Part shown: positions 8,580 through 15,866 of the stretch, one piece after another | How the letters are laid out: every line of letters begins with the position of its first letter | Position numbering within the stretch: the stretch's first letter is position 1 | IMG/VR virus record: IMGVR_UViG_3300027612_000002 | Location: 1-38,921 of that record | DNA from: a virus | Lineage: Duplodnaviria > Caudoviricetes | DNA length: 38,921 nucleotides | Strand: one strand, 5' to 3' | The notes under the pieces: generated by a model | The model's input: only the letters and a program-made list of their open reading frames with translations | Told to the model about the DNA's origin: nothing | Database searches by the model: none | Made by a program: the position numbers and the translations under genes

Positions 8580-8758
8580 TATTCTAACTCCTCTTTTATC
8601 TCTCTGAAGATACGGGCTAGTCTCTCCACACTGTTTTTAGGTAGGTCAATGCAGTCACTCTCTTGCAAGTCACCCTGCACTCGCATTGTACCATCACTGT
8701 AAAGTGTACCTGTCCATCCATAACCTAAGTCTGTTATGCTGTCAATATATTTATCCAT
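8579..8758 (-). CDS. Hypothetical early protein (59 aa, MDKYIDSI...)
   Basis: AAGGAG 6 nt upstream of the ATG at 8758. Confidence 0.65.
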   Translation of the reverse strand: MDKYIDSITDLGYGWTGTLYSDGTMRVQGDLQESDCIDLPKNSVERLARIFREIKEELE

Positions 8759-8768
8759 TTCATTCTCC

Positions 8769-8867
8769 TTAGAATGGGCAATCACCTTTGCCATCCCATA
8801 CTTTAGGTGGCTCAGGTTTTTCTTGTGGTTGCTTAGGTGCCACACTGTGAGGCATGACACCCATCAT
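8769..8867 (-). CDS. Possible 32 aa Pro-rich peptide ending WDGKGDCPF
   Basis: Translated by hand; fills the gap; start uncertain. Confidence 0.4.
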   Translation of the reverse strand: MMGVMPHSVAPKQPQEKPEPPKVWDGKGDCPF

Positions 8868-8898
8868 ATCTAATTCTCTTTCGAGAAATCTTGGCAGG

Positions 8899-9123
8899 TC
8901 ATCCTGCAAAGTGACGAATCCGGCGCGCTGATAACTTGTTTAGCACACGCTCAAAGTAGATTGAACGCTTGCCGATGTGGACAGCCTTCATGGATTTACC
9001 TGAAGTAATTCCCCAGCGTGTCTTGGCAATGCGCTTGCGGGTCAGACCCTTGAGGCCAAGAACATTGAAGCGAAAGCCTTGGGTGTCATCATTGAGTGGT
9101 TTAGTTGCGATACAATAGAACAT
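8899..9123 (-). CDS. Basic hypothetical early protein
   Basis: 74 aa ORF with an AAAGGAG RBS. Confidence 0.75.
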   Translation of the reverse strand: MFYCIATKPLNDDTQGFRFNVLGLKGLTRKRIAKTRWGITSGKSMKAVHIGKRSIYFERVLNKLSARRIRHFAG

Positions 9124-9159
9124 AATGTTCTCCTTTTAGGTTTGAGTTTAGTTCCATGC

Positions 9160-9205
9160 GTTGGCATGTAAAGGTACACTGCCAGAGTGTACCCTAGATG
9201 TCAAC
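9160..9205 (-). promoter_or_regulatory. Long intergenic hairpin (RNase III-like site)
   Basis: Minus strand GTTGACAT..GGTACACT-CTGGC-AGTGTACC..ATGCCAAC. Confidence 0.6.
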
Positions 9206-9211
9206 AACTTT

Positions 9212-9802
9212 TTAGATGTTGTGGATTCTTTTCCATGTTGTCCAAGTGATAGCCTGTAATTCGCTGGGCTTTACCTTGATGCGCTTGGCAGCTGTGACAT
9301 AGGCGGCTTGCAATTCACGATACTGTTTCTTGCCCATGTTAGTCTTGTCAGATGTCAGCCCTTCGCGCTTACCTCTTGCGATATTCAATGCGTGACCGTC
9401 GATTGTAACTTCATCAAGCCCACGAATATTGGAATAGAAAGAGCGGATTTTCTGCCCATTGAGGCGGGTAAGAATTGATGCGTCATCCTGTAAATCATCC
9501 TGCAATATAGACCAAGCTTTCTGTTTCATGGCGTTATAGCATGACACCTTGAAGTCATCCAAACTGTCGCCATTGATCCAAGCCTGACACATTGACAGAG
9601 CATCCTTGCAATTGCGCTCCCAACGATTGTTAGGCGATAGTGCCGCCATGACACCAATGACTGTTGCCTCTTGAATGTCAGTCTCTTTGGCAATCCATGC
9701 CGCCATGCGCTTGGCTCTATCGTACCATTCAACGCCATTGGCTACATCTTCCACTGTCGCAATGCGGTACGTCTTAAGAATGTTTCTCACATATTGAGTC
9801 AT
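9212..9802 (-). CDS. Early protein with possible helix-hairpin-helix DNA glycosylase-like fold
   Basis: WY, AALSP, KIRSF, VTIDGH and LQAITW motifs; strong RBS; function inferred. Confidence 0.55.
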   Translation of the reverse strand: MTQYVRNILKTYRIATVEDVANGVEWYDRAKRMAAWIAKETDIQEATVIGVMAALSPNNRWERNCKDALSMCQAWINGDSLDDFKVSCYNAMKQKAWSILQDDLQDDASILTRLNGQKIRSFYSNIRGLDEVTIDGHALNIARGKREGLTSDKTNMGKKQYRELQAAYVTAAKRIKVKPSELQAITWTTWKRIHNI

Positions 9803-9864
9803 TGTCTTACTCCTTGGTTGGTTTATTGAGAGACACCTTTGCAGATGTCTCCTTATAAGTCAAC
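9800..9864 (-). repeat. Early cassette element 1: hairpin (9817-9864) plus CAAGGAGTAAGACAATG block
   Basis: 17 bp block identical at 9800, 10085 and 10370; GAGACATC/GGTGTCTC stem. Confidence 0.85.
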
Positions 9865-9865
9865 T

Positions 9866-10087
9866 CTATTTTGCTTTTAACTGCAAGTAAATACCCGCAT
9901 GGATTCCTGCAAGAAAAGCCTTTGTTTCCTTTGCTGACCCTCTATGGTGTAACACTGTGGAGCCTTTATTTGTTGTCACTTGATAGCCGCCATAGTCAGC
10001 ACTGTGATTTATTTCCACTGCCATTCCCGTAGAAATTGCCACTTTACTAGCCAAGTCTTCTAATACTTTATAAGTCACACGTTCCAT
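9866..10087 (-). CDS. Hypothetical early protein (73 aa)
   Basis: Starts in the conserved RBS block; YGGY motif. Confidence 0.75.
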   Translation of the reverse strand: MERVTYKVLEDLASKVAISTGMAVEINHSADYGGYQVTTNKGSTVLHHRGSAKETKAFLAGIHAGIYLQLKAK

Positions 10088-10150
10088 TGTCTTACTCCTT
10101 GAGTTGGTTTATCTAGTGACACCCTTGCAGAGTGCCACCGATAAGTCAAC
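10085..10150 (-). repeat. Early cassette element 2: hairpin (10103-10150) plus RBS block
   Basis: GTTGACTTAT...ATAAACCAAC arms shared with element 1; inner stem GGTGGCACTC/GGGTGTCACT. Confidence 0.85.
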
Positions 10151-10156
10151 CCCTTC

Positions 10157-10372
10157 TTACATTTTGTCAAACAGTCCCTTTGGATACGATACCAGCACCG
10201 ATTCGTTATCATATACGATAGCCTTGAACAAAGTCTTCCCCTTACTGTTCTGGGCTTTTTTAACTATCTGGTCACCTAGGCTTTCAGTTACGATGTTAGC
10301 CCCTAGGCTTTCCAGTTGGTCAGTCATGCTCTTGCATGTTTTCAAAGTTACTTCTACTCTTTCGATTTCCAT
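10157..10372 (-). CDS. First early protein (71 aa, MEIERVEV...)
   Basis: Start reassigned to 10372 because the conserved RBS block ends at this ATG. Confidence 0.75.
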   Translation of the reverse strand: MEIERVEVTLKTCKSMTDQLESLGANIVTESLGDQIVKKAQNSKGKTLFKAIVYDNESVLVSYPKGLFDKM

Positions 10373-10441
10373 TGTCTTACTCCTTGGTTGATTGATAAAG
10401 AGACACCTATCGGGAGGAAAAGATGCCCCTGTATCAATCAA
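10370..10441 (-). repeat. Early cassette element 3: hairpin (10388-10441) plus RBS block
   Basis: TTGATTGATA/TATCAATCAA and AGGGGCATCT/AGGTGTCTCT stems. Confidence 0.8.
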
Positions 10442-10550
10442 ACACGACTAGCCCCAGCATTTGACGGGCTGATTCAAGTCACCGTTCTTCCGCCCCGTAT
10501 CTTGGACGCTGTCCTTAAGCTAGTCTATGTGTCGTCTTGTCTTGCTATTC

Positions 10551-10578
10551 AGTCTGCATATTCTGTCTTCGTCGTCAA
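10551..10578 (-). promoter_or_regulatory. Putative early promoter (proximal)
   Basis: A-tract, then TTGACG-16 nt-CAGACT. Confidence 0.45.
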
Positions 10579-10684
10579 GTCTTTTTATTTCCGGTGACCC
10601 TCTTGATTGCTAGGCCTTGCTCGGTAACTCAAGTTGGATTCATTTGCCGTGGCGGTTGATCCGGTGTTTGTTTGCCGATGAATA

Positions 10685-10714
10685 ATTAATGACATAGGAT
10701 AAAATGGATTGCAA
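10685..10714 (-). promoter_or_regulatory. Putative early promoter (distal)
   Basis: AT-rich upstream tract, then TTGCAA-17/18 nt-CATTAA/ATTAAT. Confidence 0.4.
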
Positions 10715-10876
10715 GAGAAAAAATCATTTAATTCGAATTATTTTTCAAAGGATATTTTATACTATATAATAGGAAAGAAAAATATTCTGCCAGTTATTAC
10801 TATTTGTTTATTACTTTCATAGGGTTGATAGGGTTACTCTAGGTGTTAGCGTATTTCCCGCAGTAATTCTTTGAGT

Positions 10877-10943
10877 AATTACTATTTGTGACCACAAAAA
10901 CGGCGGGGTTACGTGAAGGAATTACTATTTGTGACCACAAAAA
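10877..10943. repeat. Two 24 bp direct repeats AATTACTATTTGTGACCACAAAAA
   Basis: Copies at 10877-10900 and 10920-10943; each contains the palindrome TTTGTG-AC-CACAAA. Confidence 0.9.
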
Positions 10944-10959
10944 AGATTTACTTTTGGGG

Positions 10960-10988
10960 TTGACGGGGGATATTTTTTTTCGTAACAT
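10960..10988 (+). promoter_or_regulatory. Putative rightward promoter in the control region
   Basis: TTGACG-17 nt-TAACAT. Confidence 0.45.
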
Positions 10989-11089
10989 GGTAGAGGCATC
11001 CCCGGGGGTCGCGCGTAGCCTATTGTATGTACAATACGTGAAGAAATTTTCTAAGAAAAATTCCTGAGATGTAAAATTGACACCAAGAC

Positions 11090-11123
11090 AAAATAAAACC
11101 CCCTAGGGAAATACCTAGAGGGC
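11090..11123 (-). terminator. Intrinsic terminator of the leftward small RNA
   Basis: Minus strand GCCCTCTAGG-TATTTC-CCTAGGGGGT followed by TTTATTTT. Confidence 0.75.
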
Positions 11124-11211
11124 AGAATCTGGATGTGGTTACCCCAAGTAAATACTTAAAGTAAGGGTAGTTGTTTATCTAGTAATACTTATAGGGGAAT
11201 CCGGAAAGGAT
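11091..11211 (-). ncRNA. Predicted ~120 nt small non-coding RNA
   Basis: Bounded by a perfect promoter and an intrinsic terminator; no ATG in the transcript. Confidence 0.6.
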
Positions 11212-11216
11212 AATTT

Positions 11217-11245
11217 ATTATAGCAATTAACCCCACACCTGTCAA
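11217..11245 (-). promoter_or_regulatory. Perfect-consensus sigma70 promoter (leftward)
   Basis: TTGACA-17 nt-TATAAT with extended -10 TG. Confidence 0.85.
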
Positions 11246-11294
11246 TAGTGACGTAGCGTCATTTAAACTTTTTTAAGAAATTAATTAAAATGTA

Positions 11295-11324
11295 TTGACA
11301 CCGTAATATATACTGTGCTATTAT
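11295..11324 (+). promoter_or_regulatory. Promoter of the late arm (terS)
   Basis: TTGACA-18 nt-TATTAT with extended -10 TG and an AT-rich upstream tract. Confidence 0.7.
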
Positions 11325-11359
11325 AGCGCAAGTGATTCGTTTTTATCTAGGGAATAACC

Positions 11360-11884
11360 ATGTTCACCTTCGAGCAACTCAAGACTTCAAATGGAATAAC
11401 AAGAACTAAAAGTTTGTTCTATGAGTTATCCTATCACGATCCTGAGTACGCCATCTTTACAACTAAAGAGAAAGACATTAAAGTCAACGGACGAACAATG
11501 GTCTCTCTCCAACAGCTATACGTTTCAATGGTACCTAACGATCCAACTGAGTACGAGTTTGCTCAAGCGGTCTTTGGTTCATGGGATGTATGGGAAAAGA
11601 TAAAGAAGGCTCCACAACTCTCTGTCTTCATCAAGAAGTGGCAGAACGAAGTTGAGGTAAAGGTTAAGTCACAAGCTATCCAAGCGATTGCAATGGAAAT
11701 GAAAGAGGGTGGACGTAGTTCATTCAGTGCAGCTAAGTTACTTTTAGAAAAAGGCTGGCTGGACAAAGACAATGCTTCTCAGGCAAAGAAGAAGCTACAA
11801 CAAAAAGAACAGCATGACCAAGACAAACAGGCACTGGCTTTGCTGTCAGAGGATGCCGACAGGCTAGGGATTAAAATTCAGTAA
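11360..11884 (+). CDS. Putative terminase small subunit
   Basis: First gene of the late arm; DPTEYEFA..FGSW..W and AAKLLLEKGW pattern; positional inference. Confidence 0.6.
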   Translation: MFTFEQLKTSNGITRTKSLFYELSYHDPEYAIFTTKEKDIKVNGRTMVSLQQLYVSMVPNDPTEYEFAQAVFGSWDVWEKIKKAPQLSVFIKKWQNEVEVKVKSQAIQAIAMEMKEGGRSSFSAAKLLLEKGWLDKDNASQAKKKLQQKEQHDQDKQALALLSEDADRLGIKIQ

Positions 11885-13749
11885 TGGCAAAGAGACCTTC
11901 TATAAGCACTATTTCGTCAGGGTACGCTTCTACGACTACCCTTAACTCTAATTTCGAGGCTCTTCAAGAAGCCTTCGATAACACAATATCACGTGATGGG
12001 TCTACACCCAATACGATGTCAGCTGACTTAGATATGAACGGTAATGATATTATCAATGCCTCTTCTCTTGTTGTCGGCGGTGTAGACTACTTAGCGCAAT
12101 CTCTTGCATATAAAAATGCAGCTGAGGCTGCAAAGGTAGCTGCCGAATTAGCATACGATAACTTCGATGATCGGTACCTAGGCGTCAAGACATCTGACCC
12201 ATCTACAGACAACGATGGTAACGCTCTTTTAGATGGTGCATTATTTTTTGATACCACCCTTAACGTACTGAAAGCATACGACCAAGGTAACACTGTATGG
12301 AAACGTACAACACCTACCACAGCTGAACAGGCGAACATTGATGCAGTCACAGCTATTTCTTCAGATGTGACGACAGTTGCAGGTATTAACACCAATGTTA
12401 CTACGGTTGCTAACTTAGAGAATAATGTAAATACTGTAGCTGGTAACACTTCTAATATTAATACAGTAGCTGGCAACACTGCTAACGTCACAACAGTTGC
12501 AGGTATCGACGCCAATGTGACCACAGTTGCTGGGATTGCATCTGATGTAACTACGGTATCCAATAACAATAGTAACGTAACAACAGTTGCAGCCAACAAT
12601 GCAAACGTAACTACTGTTGCGGGTATCGACAGTAATATTACTACGGTTGCTGGTATTTCAGCTAACGTAACCTCAGTCGCGAATAACGAGACTAACATTA
12701 ATGCGGTTGTTTCTAATAGTACTAATATCAACACAGTCGCAACCAATAACGCTAACGTAACTACAGTCGCAGGAATATCAAGTGACGTAACAACGGTTGC
12801 AGCTGATGGGACAGACATTGGTGTGGTCGCTGGTATTTCATCGGACGTTTCAAATGTCTCAGGAATATCAGGCAACGTAACAACAGTCGCTGGCATTAGT
12901 GGTAACGTAACTTCAGTTGCTAATAACGAGACTAACATTAACACTGTTGTCAGTAATCTTAGTAACGTAAATAGCTTCGCGAACAAATACCGCATCTCCC
13001 CCAGCGCACCGACGACATCCCTCGACAGTGGTGACTTGTGGTGGAATAGCGCAGCTAACGAGTTACGGGCTTACAACACCACCGTAGGTGCATGGCAAGC
13101 TACAGCCCCAACGGCAGCAAACCAAGCGGCAATTGATATTGTAGCTGGTGATATTGTTTACTCAGAAGACTTAGGTTCAATCACAACGCCAGTTACCACG
13201 GGGCAAGGTAATTCAATTACACTTGTTGGTGATTCTATAAATGACGTAACTACAGTTGCGGGTTCAATTGCTAACGTCAACACAACAGCTGGCTCTATCG
13301 CCAATGTTAATTCTGTCGCTGGCAATGAGACTAATATTAACAGTGCCGTGAGTAACGAAACGAATATTAACAGCGTTGTTAGTAATGAGGCCAATATCAA
13401 TTTAACAGCTGGGTCTATTGCCAATGTTAATTTAGTTGGAGGCTCTGTAGCCAACGTCAACACAGTAGCAGCTTCTATAGCCGACGTTAATCGTTACGCT
13501 GCACAATATACCATTTCAGCAAGCGCACCATCCTCCCCCGACTTCGGGGACTTGTGGTACGACAGCGCTGCTAACACCCTAAAGTATTACACAGGCTCAA
13601 TATTCGCATCGATTTCTGCGGGTATCGCTTCAGTCGCAGGTGACACATCACCACAACTAAGCGGCACCTTAGATGCCCAAAACAACAACATCACAAACGT
13701 AGGTACCATATCGGGTTCTAACCTTCAGCTAGACTTTGGAGGTCTATAA
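11884..13749 (+). CDS. Tail fibre protein with 10-11 aa NVTTVAGI-type repeats
   Basis: N-terminal LNSNF..NTISRDG..DLDMNG adaptor-like segment; many repeats; repeated SAP..GDLW knob motifs. Confidence 0.85.
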   Translation: MAKRPSISTISSGYASTTTLNSNFEALQEAFDNTISRDGSTPNTMSADLDMNGNDIINASSLVVGGVDYLAQSLAYKNAAEAAKVAAELAYDNFDDRYLGVKTSDPSTDNDGNALLDGALFFDTTLNVLKAYDQGNTVWKRTTPTTAEQANIDAVTAISSDVTTVAGINTNVTTVANLENNVNTVAGNTSNINTVAGNTANVTTVAGIDANVTTVAGIASDVTTVSNNNSNVTTVAANNANVTTVAGIDSNITTVAGISANVTSVANNETNINAVVSNSTNINTVATNNANVTTVAGISSDVTTVAADGTDIGVVAGISSDVSNVSGISGNVTTVAGISGNVTSVANNETNINTVVSNLSNVNSFANKYRISPSAPTTSLDSGDLWWNSAANELRAYNTTVGAWQATAPTAANQAAIDIVAGDIVYSEDLGSITTPVTTGQGNSITLVGDSINDVTTVAGSIANVNTTAGSIANVNSVAGNETNINSAVSNETNINSVVSNEANINLTAGSIANVNLVGGSVANVNTVAASIADVNRYAAQYTISASAPSSPDFGDLWYDSAANTLKYYTGSIFASISAGIASVAGDTSPQLSGTLDAQNNNITNVGTISGSNLQLDFGGL

Positions 13750-13751
13750 AC

Positions 13752-14822
13752 ATGAGTAAACTATTACAACTTCGTGGCGGTACGACCGCTGAACACACTT
13801 CGTTTACAGGCGCAGTTCGTGAGGTAACTGTAGACACAGACAAAGACACGCTGGTCGTACATGATGGAACTACCGCTGGTGGTCATGTTCTGCCACGGAC
13901 AAAAGCTGATATTGATGCACTTAATATCAACGCAGATACCCTAGACGGGAAGCAGCTTGCTACTATCGAAAGTGAGTATCAGGCTTTTGCAAACACAGCG
14001 GCAGCTAACGTAGTAGACAGCGCACCAGCTACACTGGATACTCTTAATGAACTAGCGGCTGCTCTAGGTGATGACCCTAACTTTGCGACTACTGTTAGCA
14101 ATAGTATTGGCACAAAACTGAATGCTAGTGCTTACACAGCAGCAGACGTTTTAACTAAGATTAAGACTGTAGACGGCTCTGGGTCAGGCTTAGATGCTGA
14201 TACTGTTGATGGCATTCAGGGTAGCAGTATTGTTCAGACATCTGACAGCCGCCTGACAAATAGCCGTACTTGTAACAACAGCTTTGACAACGCTACTAGT
14301 GCAAGGACAAACTTAGGTTTAGGCACAGGAAACACCCCTAGCTTTGTTGGCGTGACTGCCGCAAGTAATGGTCATTTTACTGCAAACACTAGCAACTCTG
14401 GAAAATATGTAAGGTTGTATGGTTCCGCTGGTACAGGCCGTTGGGATATTTACGGACATGGAAATAATCTTCGGCTAGGGAACAACGACAACACAGGCTA
14501 TATGGTTTGTGACAGAGATATTTATGCCCCCAACTTCAACACCACCTCAGACCAAACACTCAAGACAAACGTAGAGACGCTCACAGGTTCTCTGGATGCT
14601 GTTAAGTCTTTGCGTGGTGTCTCATTCGATTGGATTGAGAATGGTAACTCAGAGGTCGGCGTAATTGCTCAGGAAGTGGAAGCTGTACTGCCGGATGTAG
14701 TCAGCACCAATGACCAAGGCATCAAGTCAGTTAAGTACGGAAACATGGTGGCTCTCTTGATCGAGGCCATGAAGGAACAACAGGCTCAGATTGATGAACT
14801 TAAAGAACAACTTAACAGCTAA
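13752..14822 (+). CDS. Tail fibre with Mtd-like N-terminus and C-terminal S74-type autocleaving chaperone domain
   Basis: LQLRGGT..FTGA..EVTVDTD; LDTLNELAAALGDDPNF; SDQTLK..LRGVSFDW..GVIAQEVE. Confidence 0.85.
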   Translation: MSKLLQLRGGTTAEHTSFTGAVREVTVDTDKDTLVVHDGTTAGGHVLPRTKADIDALNINADTLDGKQLATIESEYQAFANTAAANVVDSAPATLDTLNELAAALGDDPNFATTVSNSIGTKLNASAYTAADVLTKIKTVDGSGSGLDADTVDGIQGSSIVQTSDSRLTNSRTCNNSFDNATSARTNLGLGTGNTPSFVGVTAASNGHFTANTSNSGKYVRLYGSAGTGRWDIYGHGNNLRLGNNDNTGYMVCDRDIYAPNFNTTSDQTLKTNVETLTGSLDAVKSLRGVSFDWIENGNSEVGVIAQEVEAVLPDVVSTNDQGIKSVKYGNMVALLIEAMKEQQAQIDELKEQLNS

Positions 14823-14840
14823 TAGTGGAAGGACACGAAG

Positions 14841-15845
14841 ATGGCGATTAAAGTAAACGGTACAACCGTTATTAATGACAGTAGGCAGTTGCAGAATGTT
14901 GCATCTCTTGATGCTAGTACAGTGGCGGCTTTCAATAACGCTGGTGTTGGTGGATACCTTAACAGAACTATAAACTTTTTATATACTGAAAGCGGCACTT
15001 TTGTTGTGCCAACTTCGGGCAAGATGGTTGTACAGGTAATCGGTGGTGGGGGCGGCGGAGCAGCGGTCCGATATGAAAATCCCAGTCAAGTAGCTGACGC
15101 GGCTGGCGGAGCAGCGGGGGGATATAGCCTAAAAACAGTAGCCGTAACAGTAGGTGATACCTACACTGTTACTGTGGGTGCAAGAGGGGCCAATGCCATT
15201 ATCCCTTATTCGGCCGGCCAGTTTACTAGAACAGCAGGCGGCAATGGCGGCACTACCACTGTAACTGGACCTAGTAGTTTTAGTATCTCCGCTACGGGCG
15301 GCGGCGGCGGGGGTGTCGCTACGGGCGGCACTACGGCATATTCTGGCGCGGCTGGCTCTGGAAGCGGTGGGACTATAAACACAACAGGCGGCACGTCAAA
15401 CACAAGCGGCGTAACTCGCCAAAGCTATGGCTGGCTGAGTGCATCTTGGGGCGCTTCAATTAGCATCGTGCAGGGGATTACGGGGGCTAACGCAAGTCTT
15501 CAAATGCAGTACCATGGCGGCAACTTTTATCCGTTATCAGGTACGGGTCCATTTAACGATACATCCAACCCCGCTGTTGTAGAGGAATTACTGGGACTGG
15601 GCAGAACTACCTATGTACTTTCTCCAATAAAATTTGACACTTCGGCAGTAAGCAAAGCAGGGGCAGCAACTTGGAGTGACCAATACTATTCTGGGGGCGC
15701 GCAAGGAGTCTGGGGCGAATTGGGTGGCGGCGGCGGTGGCTGCACTTCCACAAACGGTGGGAATTACACATCAGTCCAGCAAGCTGGAAAAGGTGGTTCA
15801 GGTGCGGTGAGTTTTGCTATCTTCACCGATGATGTTTCCGCGTAA
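14841..15845 (+). CDS. Glycine-rich receptor-binding (distal tail fibre) protein
   Basis: MAIKVNGTTVIND start; several GGGGG runs; sits in the fibre module. Confidence 0.75.
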   Translation: MAIKVNGTTVINDSRQLQNVASLDASTVAAFNNAGVGGYLNRTINFLYTESGTFVVPTSGKMVVQVIGGGGGGAAVRYENPSQVADAAGGAAGGYSLKTVAVTVGDTYTVTVGARGANAIIPYSAGQFTRTAGGNGGTTTVTGPSSFSISATGGGGGGVATGGTTAYSGAAGSGSGGTINTTGGTSNTSGVTRQSYGWLSASWGASISIVQGITGANASLQMQYHGGNFYPLSGTGPFNDTSNPAVVEELLGLGRTTYVLSPIKFDTSAVSKAGAATWSDQYYSGGAQGVWGELGGGGGGCTSTNGGNYTSVQQAGKGGSGAVSFAIFTDDVSA

Positions 15846-15866
15846 ATAAAATATAGGAGTGTAAAT

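Noticed and set aside
9800-10441. CRISPR array or integron attC array
   Set aside because: Repeats are separated by whole genes, include an RBS and start codon, and favour G-U pairs; no cas or integrase gene is present
10441-10533. Twister-like ribozyme (UAA..CGGUGAC..AGCCCG)
   Set aside because: Lacks the GAG element and matching pseudoknot pairing; no hammerhead core either; kept only as an unclassified structured leader
11263-11288. CtrA box upstream of terS
   Set aside because: Spacings between nearby TTAA half-sites are 6, 4 or 8 nt, not the canonical 7
12087-13463. Long minus-strand ORFs (302 aa and 101 aa)
   Set aside because: Shadow frames of the repetitive tail fibre, antisense to a well-supported gene
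13752-14822. Diversity-generating retroelement suggested by the Mtd-like N-terminus
   Set aside because: No reverse transcriptase and no template/variable repeat pair seen
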